Below are positions 1-8,713 of a DNA stretch of 32,000 nt, piece after piece. Position 1 is the first letter of the stretch. Every line of letters begins with the position of its first letter. Where the stretch lies: sequence record CM120771.1; one strand, 5' to 3'. The notes under the pieces were generated by a model, which worked only from the letters and a program-made list of their open reading frames with translations, was not told the origin of the DNA and did not search any database. The translations under genes and the position numbers were made by a program.

Positions 1-117
1 AGTTGGAAATAATAATAAACCTGACCAACCAACGAAAACAAATCGATCTTTCTTTAACCAGTCATCTACAAGATCAAAAATGCCACGTTCTTGGTTTTGC
101 CCAATAGCAATGGTCAT
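1..117 (-). CDS. psbD: photosystem II D2 protein, N-terminal 39 codons (gene runs off the left edge)
   Basis: Reverse complement of 1-117 translates to [39 protein letters not shown], the canonical D2 N-terminus. ATG is at 117-115. Confidence 0.93.
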   Translation of the reverse strand, partial: MTIAIGQNQERGIFDLVDDWLKKDRFVFVGWSGLLLFPT

Positions 118-251
118 ATTTTAATAATCCTTTACTTAAATTAAATTAATGAGTAAACGTTTAAAAAATTTTTACTCTAGTCTTATCAGCTTCTAAATAT
201 AATTATACGTTAACTGAAAAAAAATTAGTTAAACTATTAAAAATTATTACT

Positions 252-300
252 ATATACTTTCTTAGATTTCAATTTCAAATTTGAATCTAAGAAAGTATAT
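252..300 (-). terminator. inverted-repeat stem-loop 5 nt downstream of psaI stop
   Basis: 252-268 (atatactttcttagatt) is the exact reverse complement of 284-300, giving a 17-bp stem. Confidence 0.6.
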
Positions 301-304
301 TTCT

Positions 305-415
305 TTAATTAACATCATCAATTGATACATAAATGAAAAATAATGCCATGCTTAAAGCTGGAAAAACTAAACCAACAATAGGAACTAAAATTGAAGGTAA
401 AAATGCTGCTGCCAT
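305..415 (-). CDS. psaI: photosystem I subunit VIII
   Basis: Hand translation gives MAAAFLPSILVPIVGLVFPALSMALFFIYVSIDDVN (36 aa). It carries the conserved LPSI.VP.VGL.FPA motif of PsaI. Confidence 0.88.
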   Translation of the reverse strand: MAAAFLPSILVPIVGLVFPALSMALFFIYVSIDDVN

Positions 416-572
416 AGTTTATTCTAAAATCTTTAATTAATAGTTATCAATAATATTCATTGTATATAAAAAACTATTGGAATGAAAAATTAATATAAAT
501 AAAAAATTTAATGAGTTTTATACTAAAATTAATAGTATCAATCTTAGAAACCTTATATAAATATACTTATTT

Positions 573-707
573 ATGGAGACTTTATTATTATCTCGTTTAC
601 CAGAAGCATATGTAGTTTTTAGTCCAATTGTAGATGTATTACCAGTTATTCCTGTTTTCTTCTTATTGCTAGCATTTGTATGGCAAGCTGCAATTGGATT
701 TAGATAA
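573..707 (+). CDS. psbK: photosystem II protein K (precursor)
   Basis: Hand translation gives [44 protein letters not shown], with the canonical KLPEAY...FVWQAA.GFR pattern. Confidence 0.93.
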   Translation: METLLLSRLPEAYVVFSPIVDVLPVIPVFFLLLAFVWQAAIGFR

Positions 708-787
708 TTTTAAGTTTATAATTGCGACTTACTATGGTATAATGATATACAAAATAGTATTCACATTTAAATAAAAAATAACAATAA

Positions 788-901
788 ATGGTAGAACCTT
801 TATTATCAGGTATCGTTTTAGGACTGGTTACTGTAACTGCAATTGGTCTTTTTGTTGCAGCATTCTTACAGTATCGTCGTGGAAACCAATTTGAAATTTA
901 A
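788..901 (+). CDS. petG: cytochrome b6f subunit V
   Basis: Hand translation gives [50 protein letters not shown] is the conserved PetG N-terminus. Confidence 0.92.
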   Translation: MVEPLLSGIVLGLVTVTAIGLFVAAFLQYRRGNQFEI

Positions 902-915
902 ATTTATGTTTTAAA

Positions 916-944
916 AGTATCATATTAATATTTAATATGATACT
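916..944 (+). terminator. stem-loop downstream of petG
   Basis: agtatcatattaa (916-928) pairs perfectly with ttaatatgatact (932-944), a 13-bp stem with a 3-nt loop. Confidence 0.55.
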
Positions 945-1073
945 TTCTCTTTTTTAATTAATCTTTTAAAATTTAGTAAATATTTAAATATTCTACTGTC
1001 GTATTGACTAATTTTAATAATTTATGTAGAATATATTTCAGTTAAATAGTTGTGAATTTTTATCTAGTTAAAT

Positions 1074-1145
1074 GCTGGTGTAGCTCAATGGTAGAGCAAC
1101 GGATTTGTAATCCGTAGGTTGGGGGTTCAAGTCCCTTCACCAGCT
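1074..1145 (+). tRNA. trnT: tRNA-Thr (anticodon UGU)
   Basis: Cloverleaf folded by hand. Acceptor is gctggtg/caccagc, anticodon arm is acgga-tttgtaa-tccgt, and the T-loop is ttcaagt. Confidence 0.9.
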
Positions 1146-1271
1146 TTTATTTAAGTTTTTTTATATTTCTTTTTAAGACTTGAAATTCAAAAATTTTTCA
1201 ATAATCTAAATTTTTCAGAAAACTATGTTTATTATTTTCTTTAGAAATACTCTATACTATTTCTAAATTTA

Positions 1272-1344
1272 TAGGCCCAGTAGGAATCGAACCTACATTG
1301 GAAACTTAGAAGGTTTCTGTCCTAATCCGTTAGACGATAGGCCC
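1272..1344 (-). tRNA. trnR: tRNA-Arg (anticodon UCU)
   Basis: The reverse complement reads GGGCCTATCGTCTAACGGATTAGGACAGAAACCTTCTAAGTTTCCAATGTAGGTTCGATTCCTACTGGGCCTA. The anticodon arm is gaaac-cttctaa-gtttc. It closely resembles plastid trnR(UCU). Confidence 0.88.
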
Positions 1345-1355
1345 TCATTTTACTA

Positions 1356-1427
1356 TGGGCAATATAGGATTTGAACCTATGACCTTCTGCTTGTAAGGCA
1401 GACACTCTACCGCTGAGTTAATTGCCC
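1356..1427 (-). tRNA. trnV: tRNA-Val (anticodon UAC)
   Basis: The reverse complement reads GGGCAATTAACTCAGCGGTAGAGTGTCTGCCTTACAAGCAGAAGGTCATAGGTTCAAATCCTATATTGCCCA. The anticodon arm is tctgc-cttacaa-gcaga. Confidence 0.9.
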
Positions 1428-1498
1428 ATTAATTAAAACCTCTCTTTACTTAATTAAAAGAATACACTTCTATTGTAGCAAAAACTAAAATTAACGTC

Positions 1499-1540
1499 AA
1501 GATTAGAATTGTTGAAATCTTTTTAAACAATTCTAATCTT
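1499..1540. repeat. perfect 15-bp inverted repeat between divergent trnV and trnY
   Basis: aagattagaattgtt (1499-1513) is the reverse complement of aacaattctaatctt (1526-1540). Confidence 0.6.
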
Positions 1541-1581
1541 GTTTTTTAATGTTATCTATGTTACTATACCCTTTATATAAA

Positions 1582-1663
1582 GGGTCGGTGCCCGAGTGGT
1601 TAAAGGGGGCGGATTGTAAATCCGCTGCGTTTCGCTACGTTGGTTCGAATCCAACTCGGCCCA
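1582..1663 (+). tRNA. trnY: tRNA-Tyr (anticodon GUA), class II with long variable arm
   Basis: The anticodon arm is gcgga-ttgtaaa-tccgc, the variable arm is tgcgtttcgctacg, and the T arm is gttgg-ttcgaat-ccaac. Confidence 0.9.
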
Positions 1664-1685
1664 ATTTCAGTAATTAATTAAAGTT

Positions 1686-1901
1686 TTAATAAGTTTTAAG
1701 ATTAGTTTCCAAACCACTCATACTTAATAAGATAAAATATAATGTGCTAATAATTATTAAAAAAATAATTGGAATAATAAAACGAAATTTTTTAATTTTG
1801 AATAAATTTCGAATGGGTGTTATTATAACTAGAATTAAACCAATTAAACTACTAATAAAAAATCTTGGGTACCGAGATACATTAGACCAAAAATCATTCA
1901 T
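1686..1901 (-). CDS. ycf33: conserved plastid ORF, ycf33-like small membrane protein
   Basis: The 71-aa track ORF has an N-terminus FWSNVSRYPRFFISS followed by two hydrophobic segments. This matches my recollection of the ycf33 family and was not checked by search. Confidence 0.65.
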   Translation of the reverse strand: MNDFWSNVSRYPRFFISSLIGLILVIITPIRNLFKIKKFRFIIPIIFLIIISTLYFILLSMSGLETNLKTY

Positions 1902-2028
1902 ATAAAAATTTTACTCTTATTTATCTACTAGAATTATAACTAACTTTTCCTAATTTATTTGATTATCATAAATTAATATTATATTAATCATAATTTATGA
2001 TAATATTGTCGTTAACTAGATAGTAGGA

Positions 2029-2101
2029 GGCTCTGTAGCTCAGTGGTTAGAGCAGGGGATTCATAAGCCCAAGGTCGTAGGTTCAAATCCAACCAGAGCC
2101 A
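2029..2101 (+). tRNA. trnM: tRNA-Met, elongator type (anticodon CAU)
   Basis: The acceptor ggctctg/cagagcc is perfect, the D arm is gctc-agtggtta-gagc, and the loop ttcataa carries CAU. The anticodon stem has only 3 central G-C pairs (G27/A43 and A31/G39 unpaired). The T stem gtagg/ccaac has one A-A mismatch. Confidence 0.75.
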
Positions 2102-2167
2102 GTTACTATTTTTATTATAATATTACTTTAATTAATAAGTAAAAAAGAAATTTAAATTTTAAACTTA

Positions 2168-2254
2168 GGAGAAATGGCTGAGTGGTCGAAAGCAATAGAT
2201 TGCTAATCTATCGTACAATTATTTGTACCCAGGGTTCGAATCCCTGTTTCTCCT
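2168..2254 (+). tRNA. trnS: tRNA-Ser (anticodon GCU), class II
   Basis: The acceptor is ggagaaa/tttctcc, the anticodon arm is ataga-ttgctaa-tctat, and the variable arm stem is gtaca/tgtac. Confidence 0.9.
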
Positions 2255-2334
2255 GATTAACTAAATTTTTAGTTGGAATAGAAGATTGACAAATTAAACA
2301 AATAATATTATTATCTATTAAAATCTATAATTTT

Positions 2335-2408
2335 GGGATTGTAGTTCAATTGGTTAGAGCACCGCCCTGTCACGGCGGAAGTTGCGAGTTCGAGTCTCGT
2401 CAGTCCCG
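2335..2408 (+). tRNA. trnD: tRNA-Asp (anticodon GUC)
   Basis: GGGATTGTAGTTCAATTGGTTAGAGCACCGCCCTGTCACGGCGG... is near-identical to the canonical plastid trnD. Confidence 0.93.
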
Positions 2409-2700
2409 TTTAAAAACTCTTTTTTTAATCGATTTCAATTTTTAGGTTAAAGAATTTGTTTATTTAAGTATGGGAATATTTAAATTCTAATTGGTTTTAA
2501 ACACAATTTTACCCGATACCAAATAAATAATCAATAAGTTATAAGAGAAAACCTTGAAATAAGAAGAATTTTTTTTCTCCGAAACCTTTTTATCCGTTGG
2601 TCAAAAATTTGTTTCTACCACAATTTAAGAAACTATTAATATGAAAGATCAAATATTATTTATTTAATAATAATATTGGTTATTATTATTAAATACGTTA

Positions 2701-2829
2701 TTATTCACCTTGAACTTTTAGTAAAGCAAATCCTAGAGAAATTCCAAATAAAGTCATTGCAAAGCAAATAGCTGCTGTTGTAACAATTTCTTGATTTGCA
2801 TATGGGAATATTGATTTAATTAATTCCAT
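2701..2829 (-). CDS. petM: cytochrome b6f subunit VII
   Basis: Hand translation gives MELIKSIFPYANQEIVTTAAICFAMTLFGISLGFALLKVQGE (42 aa). It has a single TM helix and the PetM-like C-terminal LLK.QGE. Confidence 0.75.
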   Translation of the reverse strand: MELIKSIFPYANQEIVTTAAICFAMTLFGISLGFALLKVQGE

Positions 2830-2857
2830 AATGATTTTAATTTTAAATGTTAATAAT

Positions 2858-2947
2858 TTAGAAACCGCTTCTTGCCCAAACAGTTAGAGCTAATGAAAAT
2901 GTAAACATTGCCATTAAGCAAGCCCATCCTAAACTTAAAATATCCAT
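2858..2947 (-). CDS. petN: cytochrome b6f subunit VIII
   Basis: Hand translation gives [29 protein letters not shown] (29 aa), the canonical PetN pattern MDI.S..W..LM..FTFSL.L.VWGRSG. Confidence 0.9.
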   Translation of the reverse strand: MDILSLGWACLMAMFTFSLALTVWARSGF

Positions 2948-2982
2948 ATGTTTTGTATTTTTTATTTATTTATGTTTTCTAA

Positions 2983-3013
2983 TTTAAAAGGATTTTTTTG
3001 AAATCCTTTTAAA
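2983..3013 (-). terminator. stem-loop downstream of psbH
   Basis: tttaaaaggattt (2983-2995) pairs perfectly with aaatccttttaaa (3001-3013), a 13-bp stem. Confidence 0.55.
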
Positions 3014-3029
3014 TCATTTCTAATTGATA

Positions 3030-3233
3030 TTATACAATACCATTTGTCCAATCTACATCAACATTTTCAATAATTAAAGATGAATTATAGATTTGTAATA
3101 TGATTAATAAAAATACTAAGAAGGCAGCCATTACTACAGCCATAATTGGAGTTGTTCCCCAGCCTGGTGCAACTTTACCATACTCAGCATTTAATGGGCG
3201 TAAAAGTTCGCCTAATCTTGTTCGTAATGCCAT
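3030..3233 (-). CDS. psbH: photosystem II phosphoprotein H
   Basis: The track ORF reads [52 protein letters not shown]..., the canonical PsbH sequence. Confidence 0.95.
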   Translation of the reverse strand: MALRTRLGELLRPLNAEYGKVAPGWGTTPIMAVVMAAFLVFLLIILQIYNSSLIIENVDVDWTNGIV

Positions 3234-3316
3234 AAAAATATTTATATTTCTAATGAATTAATTTTTCTAGTATATGTTATATAATATAAAAATGTTAATT
3301 TAGATAAGTATATAAC

Positions 3317-3448
3317 ATGGAAACAGCAACTATTCTCGTAATTTTTGTATCAAGTTTACTTTTAGGAATTACCACATATTCTGTCTACACAGCATTTGGA
3401 CCATCTGCCAAAAATTTGCGTGATCCATTTGAAGAACATGAGGATTAG
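3317..3448 (+). CDS. psbN: photosystem II assembly protein N
   Basis: Hand translation gives [43 protein letters not shown] (43 aa). It lies on the strand opposite psbT/psbH, as in the classical psbB cluster. Confidence 0.92.
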   Translation: METATILVIFVSSLLLGITTYSVYTAFGPSAKNLRDPFEEHED

Positions 3449-3480
3449 AAAATAAAACCAAAAAGTTGGTTTTATTTTCT
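3447..3480. terminator. bidirectional 14-bp stem-loop shared by convergent psbN and psbT
   Basis: agaaaataaaacca (3447-3460) pairs perfectly with tggttttattttct (3467-3480). The arms overlap the psbN stop (3446-3448) and the psbT stop (3472-3474). Confidence 0.65.
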
Positions 3481-3570
3481 AAGAATTCTAGGTGTTTCTC
3501 TGAAAAATACGGCAAAGAAAATTACGATTAAAGTACCAATAAGTAAAAATGTATAAACTAAAGCTTCCAT
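3472..3570 (-). CDS. psbT: photosystem II protein T
   Basis: Hand translation gives [32 protein letters not shown] (32 aa). Confidence 0.93.
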   Translation of the reverse strand: MEALVYTFLLIGTLIVIFFAVFFRETPRILRK

Positions 3571-3617
3571 TGTTTGATCCTATTTAAATATAAAAAACTT
3601 AAAAAACTGCTTGTATT

Positions 3618-5147
3618 TTATACAGCACCCTGTTTTTTCGTTGATTTATCACCAAGCTTTTGGAATGCACCAAATTCTACTTGTTCCGTAACTTCAGCGC
3701 CAATACCTGTAAACACATCACGGAAGATTGTTCGACCGCCATGCCATAAATGACCAAAGAAGAAAAGTAAAGCAAAATTAGCATGACCAAAAGTATACCA
3801 ACCACGTGGGCTACTTCTGAATACACCATCAGACTCTAAGCTTGTTCTATCAAACTCAAAAACTTCTCCTAATTGAGCTTTACGGGCAAATTTCTTAACT
3901 GTTGGTGCATCTTTAAATGTTTGACCATTTAATTTACCACCATAGAAATCTACCGTTACACCAACTTGTTCAATACTGTATTTTGATTCAGCACGACGGA
4001 ATGGAATATCTGCACGAATAATACCATCTTTGTCAACTAAAATTACCGGGAATGTTTCGAAGAAAGCAGGCATTCTACGTACAGTTAATTCTCGTCCTTC
4101 TTTATCACGGAAAATTGGATGTCCTAACCAAGCTTCAGCAATACCATCCCCTTTGTTCATTGCACCAGCACGGAATAAACCACCTTTTGCTGGATTGTTT
4201 CCAATATAATCATAGAAAGCTAATTTATCTGGAATTCGTGACCATGCTTGGCTTTCTGATAAACCTTCACTTACTGATGCTTCAACTTGACGTTCAATCT
4301 CTTGTTGGAAGTAACCACTATCCCATTGGTAACGAGTTGGACCAAATAATTCAATTGGCGTCGCTGCTGCACCATACCACATTGTACCTGATGTTACAAA
4401 AGCTGCAAAGAAAACGGCTGAAATACTGCTTGATAAAACAGTTTCAATATTACCCATTCTTAATGCTCGGTATAAGCGTTGTGGTGGACGTACTGTTAAG
4501 TGGAATATACCTGCTAAAATACCAAAAAGACCAGCTGCGATGTGATGAGCAGCAATACCACCAGGATTGAATGGATTAAATCCTTCTGGACCCCATGATG
4601 GTGCTACAGGTTGTACCTTTCCTGCAATTCCGTATGCATCTGATACCCAAATCCCAGGTCCAAATAAACCTGTAACATGAAAAGCACCAAAGCCAAAACA
4701 TAATAAACCTGATAATAATAAATGAATACCAAAGATTTTTGGTAAATCTAAAGCAGGTTCACCTGTACGAGGATCACGGAATAATTCTAAATCCCAATAT
4801 ACCCAATGCCAGATAGCAGCTAAAAAGCACAGACCTGATAAAACAATATGTGATAAAGCTACACCTTCAAAACTCCAAAGACCAGGATTTGATACACTTT
4901 CACCAGTTATACTCCATCCGCCCCATGAATCAGTAATTCCTAATCGAGTCATGAAAGGCATCACAAACATTCCTTGACGCCACATTGGATTTAAAACCGG
5001 ATCTGATGGATCAAATACAGCTAATTCGTATAATGCCATTGAACCCGCCCATCCAGCAACTAATCCTGTATGCATGATATGTACAGCAATTAATCGACCT
5101 GGGTCATTTAAAACAACAGTGTGAACACGATACCATGGTAATGCCAT
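3618..5147 (-). CDS. psbB: photosystem II CP47 chlorophyll apoprotein
   Basis: The 509-aa track ORF begins [35 protein letters not shown]... and is full-length CP47. Confidence 0.99.
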   Translation of the reverse strand: MALPWYRVHTVVLNDPGRLIAVHIMHTGLVAGWAGSMALYELAVFDPSDPVLNPMWRQGMFVMPFMTRLGITDSWGGWSITGESVSNPGLWSFEGVALSHIVLSGLCFLAAIWHWVYWDLELFRDPRTGEPALDLPKIFGIHLLLSGLLCFGFGAFHVTGLFGPGIWVSDAYGIAGKVQPVAPSWGPEGFNPFNPGGIAAHHIAAGLFGILAGIFHLTVRPPQRLYRALRMGNIETVLSSSISAVFFAAFVTSGTMWYGAAATPIELFGPTRYQWDSGYFQQEIERQVEASVSEGLSESQAWSRIPDKLAFYDYIGNNPAKGGLFRAGAMNKGDGIAEAWLGHPIFRDKEGRELTVRRMPAFFETFPVILVDKDGIIRADIPFRRAESKYSIEQVGVTVDFYGGKLNGQTFKDAPTVKKFARKAQLGEVFEFDRTSLESDGVFRSSPRGWYTFGHANFALLFFFGHLWHGGRTIFRDVFTGIGAEVTEQVEFGAFQKLGDKSTKKQGAV

Positions 5148-5469
5148 AGTAAAAGATTCCTCAATATAAATAATAGTTTTTGACTTTCTTACAACTAAAC
5201 TACATAATAGTTAACTAGTATATTATTATAAGCCAAAATAAAAAAAAATTAAGAGAAAAAATTTATTTAATCTTAATACTTCTAAATTGATATTTTTATA
5301 ACAAGTTTCTCATTTGATTTTGATTTAGAAGTTTGCTACTTTGAATCCAAAAAATATTTAGTTTTAAAGTTAGTGGCAAACTTTAAATTTTCAATTGCCC
5401 TTGCTAAAATTTAAAATATACAATAAGCTTGACTAAACAAATCTTTTTATTGAATTTACATTTAGTATT

Positions 5470-5772
5470 ATGGCAAAGAAAAGTATGATTGAACGTGAAA
5501 AAAAGCGAATTAAATTGGAAAAAAGATACGCTTTAAAACGTATTAGTTTACTAAGCAAATATAAGAATGAAGAAAGTTTTAGTAAAAAACTAGAACTTCA
5601 ATCAAAAATACAAAAATTACCCCGAAATAGTTCAAGAACAAGAATTCGAAATCGTTGTTGGAAAACCGGACGTCCTAGAGGGGTTTTTCGTGATTTTGGA
5701 TTGTCACGCCATGTTGTTAGAGAAATGGCACATCAATGTTTATTGCCAGGTGTTAAAAAATCTAGTTGGTAA
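5470..5772 (+). CDS. rps14: 30S ribosomal protein S14
   Basis: The 100-aa ORF carries the conserved S14 C-terminal block [40 protein letters not shown]. Confidence 0.97.
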   Translation: MAKKSMIEREKKRIKLEKRYALKRISLLSKYKNEESFSKKLELQSKIQKLPRNSSRTRIRNRCWKTGRPRGVFRDFGLSRHVVREMAHQCLLPGVKKSSW

Positions 5773-5903
5773 TAAAAACTTATTTTAAATTAAATCCAAT
5801 GATTTTTAAAATTTAATCTACAATTATATACATAAAGTTGAATACTTTTATTCCAATTCAATTTATTTAATTCTTTAAAATTTAAACAAATTTAATCTAT
5901 AGT

Positions 5904-5909
5904 AAGGAG
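5904..5909 (+). promoter_or_regulatory. Shine-Dalgarno-like AAGGAG 6 nt upstream of psaM ATG
   Basis: aaggag lies at 5904-5909 and the ATG at 5916. Confidence 0.5.
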
Positions 5910-5915
5910 TTTTAA

Positions 5916-6008
5916 ATGATTTACGATTCACAAGTTTATACTGCATTATGTATTAGTTTATTAGCTGGAATTTTAGCAATTCGACTAGGTTCAACACTTT
6001 ACGAATAA
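5916..6008 (+). CDS. psaM: photosystem I subunit XII
   Basis: Hand translation gives MIYDSQVYTALCISLLAGILAIRLGSTLYE (30 aa), a PsaM-like single helix ending in IRLG..LY. Confidence 0.85.
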   Translation: MIYDSQVYTALCISLLAGILAIRLGSTLYE

Positions 6009-6068
6009 AAAATTCTAGAAAACTAGGATAGGGAAAACACTGTCAATATTAACAACTAATAATAAGTT

Positions 6069-7130
6069 ATGGCAACGGAAAAATTAAAAAAATTTAGCAC
6101 CCCTGTCTTTCCTTTCACTGCAATTGTTGGGCAAGAAGAAATGAAATTAGCATTACAATTAAATGTAATTGATCCCAAAATTGGTGGAGTTATGATTATG
6201 GGGGATCGAGGAACTGGTAAATCAACAACAATTCGTGCAATTGCTGATTTACTTCCTGAAATTGAAGTCGTTAAAGACGATCCTTTTAACTCAGATAAGT
6301 CAGATTTAGATCTAATGGGAAATGAAGTTCGAGAAGCAATTCAAAATAGTAAATCCATTGAAACAGAATTTATTAAAATTCCTATGATTGATTTACCATT
6401 GGGAGCAACTGAAGATCGTGTATGTGGAACAATAGATATTGAAAAAGCTTTAACAGAAGGTATAAAAGCTTTTGAGCCTGGGTTATTAGCAAAAGCGAAT
6501 CGCGGACTACTTTATGTTGATGAAGTAAATCTTTTAGATGACCATCTTGTTGATATTTTATTAGATTCAGCTGCTTCAGGTTGGAATACAGTAGAAAGAG
6601 AAGGCATTTCTATTCGTCATCCAGCTCGTTTTGTTCTTGTTGGATCTGGAAATCCTGAAGAAGGTGAACTACGTCCACAATTATTAGATAGATTTGGGAT
6701 GCATGCTGAGATTAGAACAGTTAAAGATCCTATTTTGCGAGTAAAAGTAGTAGAGGAAAGAACATCTTTTGACCAAAATCCAATGATTTGGATTAATAAT
6801 TATGAAGCGAAACAACAAGAACTAAGAGATAGGATTGTTGCTGCTCAAAAATTATTACCGACAGTTCAAATTGATTATGATCTTCGAGTAAAAATTTCAG
6901 AAGTTTGTAGTCAATTAGATGTTGATGGTTTACGTGGTGATATTGTAACAAATCGTGCTGCAAAAGCTCATGCAGCGTATAACGGAAGAACTAATGTAAC
7001 GATTGAAGATATTTCAAAAATTATTACTTTATGTTTACGTCATCGATTAAGAAAAGATCCTTTAGAATCAATTGATTCAGGTGATAAAGTAAACAAAGTT
7101 TTCAAAGAAATTTTTGAAATTGAGGATTAA
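6069..7130 (+). CDS. chlI: Mg-protoporphyrin IX chelatase, subunit I (AAA+)
   Basis: The 353-aa ORF reads [58 protein letters not shown]. It has Walker A and B motifs and ChlI-specific blocks. Confidence 0.98.
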   Translation: MATEKLKKFSTPVFPFTAIVGQEEMKLALQLNVIDPKIGGVMIMGDRGTGKSTTIRAIADLLPEIEVVKDDPFNSDKSDLDLMGNEVREAIQNSKSIETEFIKIPMIDLPLGATEDRVCGTIDIEKALTEGIKAFEPGLLAKANRGLLYVDEVNLLDDHLVDILLDSAASGWNTVEREGISIRHPARFVLVGSGNPEEGELRPQLLDRFGMHAEIRTVKDPILRVKVVEERTSFDQNPMIWINNYEAKQQELRDRIVAAQKLLPTVQIDYDLRVKISEVCSQLDVDGLRGDIVTNRAAKAHAAYNGRTNVTIEDISKIITLCLRHRLRKDPLESIDSGDKVNKVFKEIFEIED

Positions 7131-7187
7131 AATATTAAAAAATTTTTGATCTAAAAAAATAATAATATTTTTTAAAGATACAAAATC

Positions 7188-7418
7188 ATGTCTGAATTAT
7201 TACTTGTTATTCTTAGTATTTTCTTAATTACAATTATTTTTTTACGTTTACCTCAACAAAGTGCCGGCTTATCTAGTTTTGCAACCAAAAGTAATTTACT
7301 TGGCTCTCCAAGTTCAGCTCAAAAATTTCTAAATATTTTGACTGCTTTCGCTATTTTTCTTTACTTTATTTTAGCTATAAAAAGTAATCTAGAAAGTAGT
7401 ATTAATTATAGATTTTGA
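7188..7418 (+). CDS. secG: preprotein translocase subunit SecG-like (ycf47)
   Basis: The 76-aa ORF has two hydrophobic helices flanking a polar loop (LPQQSAGLSSFATKSN). This resembles plastid secG/ycf47 from memory and was not search-verified. Confidence 0.65.
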   Translation: MSELLLVILSIFLITIIFLRLPQQSAGLSSFATKSNLLGSPSSAQKFLNILTAFAIFLYFILAIKSNLESSINYRF

Positions 7419-7450
7419 ACGATTACTAATTTTTAGTAATCGTTCAAAAT
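7412..7450. terminator. 18-bp perfect stem-loop between convergent secG and petD
   Basis: attttgaacgattactaa (7412-7429) pairs perfectly with ttagtaatcgttcaaaat (7433-7450). It overlaps the secG TGA stop. Confidence 0.65.
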
Positions 7451-7459
7451 TTAAGATTG

Positions 7460-7942
7460 TTACCAAAACCCTAAAGAAACTGCTTTATCAATTGGTAAAC
7501 ATGCCCCAATACCTAACCATACAGCTGCAAAAAAGCCAACAATAAATGTTAAACTTGCAATTGGACGACGGAATGGATTTTGAAATTTATTTACGTTCTC
7601 AATAAATGGAACAGTAATTAATCCTAAAGGAACAGATGCCATAGCTAAAACCCCTAATAATTTATTAGGTAATACACGTAACAAATTAAATGTTGGGAAA
7701 AAATACCATTCTGGTAAAATTTCTAATGGTGTATTAAAAGGATCTGCTGGTTCACCCATTTGTGTAGGTGCTAAAACTGATAATCCTACAACACAAGCCA
7801 CCAGACCTAACATTGTTAATGGAAAAATATATAAAATATCATTTGGCCATGCTGGTTCTCCGTAATAATTATGACCCATACCTTTTGCTAATTTAGCTCT
7901 TAATTTTGGATCAGTTAAATCCGGTTTTTTGATTACTGCCAT
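7460..7942 (-). CDS. petD: cytochrome b6f subunit IV
   Basis: The 160-aa ORF reads [37 protein letters not shown]..., the canonical PetD sequence. Confidence 0.98.
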   Translation of the reverse strand: MAVIKKPDLTDPKLRAKLAKGMGHNYYGEPAWPNDILYIFPLTMLGLVACVVGLSVLAPTQMGEPADPFNTPLEILPEWYFFPTFNLLRVLPNKLLGVLAMASVPLGLITVPFIENVNKFQNPFRRPIASLTFIVGFFAAVWLGIGACLPIDKAVSLGFW

Positions 7943-7946
7943 AAAA

Positions 7947-7960
7947 TTTTTTTTTTTTTT
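7947..7960. repeat. T14 homopolymer in petB-petD spacer
   Basis: A run of 14 T is visible on the plus strand. Confidence 0.9.
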
Positions 7961-7992
7961 ACTAGTTTATAGAGTTTATAGATATGAAAAAA

Positions 7993-8357
7993 TTATAATG
8001 GTCCTGAAATACCTTGTTTCCGAATCATTAAAAAATGAATTAACATTAACACAGCTGCGGCTGCAGGTAAAACAAAAGTATGAGCACTATAGAATCGAGT
8101 TAATGTTGCTTGACCTACACTCTCGCCACCACGTAAAAGTAAAACTAAAGGATCCCCAACAATTGGAACAGCAGCAGGAACACCTGTTACAATTTTACAT
8201 GCCCAAAAACCGACTTGATCCCACGGTAATGAATAACCTGTTACACCAAATGATACTGTTACAACAGCTAATGTTACACCTGTTACCCATGTTAATTCAC
8301 GTGGTTTTTTAAATCCACCTGTTAAATAAACCCGGAAAATATGAAGTACTAGCATTA
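7993..8357 (-). CDS. petB: cytochrome b6, exon 2 (codons 95-215; first 2 nt complete a split Leu codon)
   Basis: It translates to (L)[27 protein letters not shown]...[11 protein letters not shown], the C-terminal 121 residues of cytochrome b6. The 365-nt length completes the phase-1 frame left by exon 1. The 5' boundary is inferred to within 1-3 nt. Confidence 0.9.
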
Positions 8358-8413
8358 GATCGGGTCGAAACATAATTTCCCTGTATAAAACAGTTTATAG
8401 ATGAAACTCCCTT

Positions 8414-8450
<37 letters not shown>

Positions 8451-8713
8451 CTGGGTTAATTGGAAACTACTCCTTGCTTCTTTAAGCCATTATTCGATAT
8501 TAGATTGTTAGTATTGACATAATATAATAATATATGAATTGCAATTAAGTTTTTATATTCAGTGTTTTTAGGATTTCTATCTATATGGTCCACCTAAATT
8601 CGATCTTTACGATTAAAGTAAAAGTTACCGTTTCCACCTTTCTATTTTTGCCGTTTCGCAACTTTATAATCTATTGTATCATACAGTAAATCTTGACTTT
8701 TTGACCATTAAAT

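Noticed and set aside
4052-4570. 172-aa plus-strand ORF
   Set aside because: It is entirely antisense to the strongly conserved psbB. The sequence is low-complexity and Leu/Gln-rich with no recognisable motif. It is a by-product of the coding strand's codon bias.
5148-5469. Sigma70-type -35/-10 promoter calls in the divergent psbB/rps14 spacer and upstream of atpB, psaA and psbX
   Set aside because: TTGaca-like and TAtaat-like hexamers occur by chance everywhere in DNA this AT-rich. I could not find pairs with convincing spacing, so no promoters are reported.
7929-8312. 127-aa plus-strand ORF
   Set aside because: It is antisense to petB exon 2 and overlaps the petD start. No motif is present, so it is spurious.
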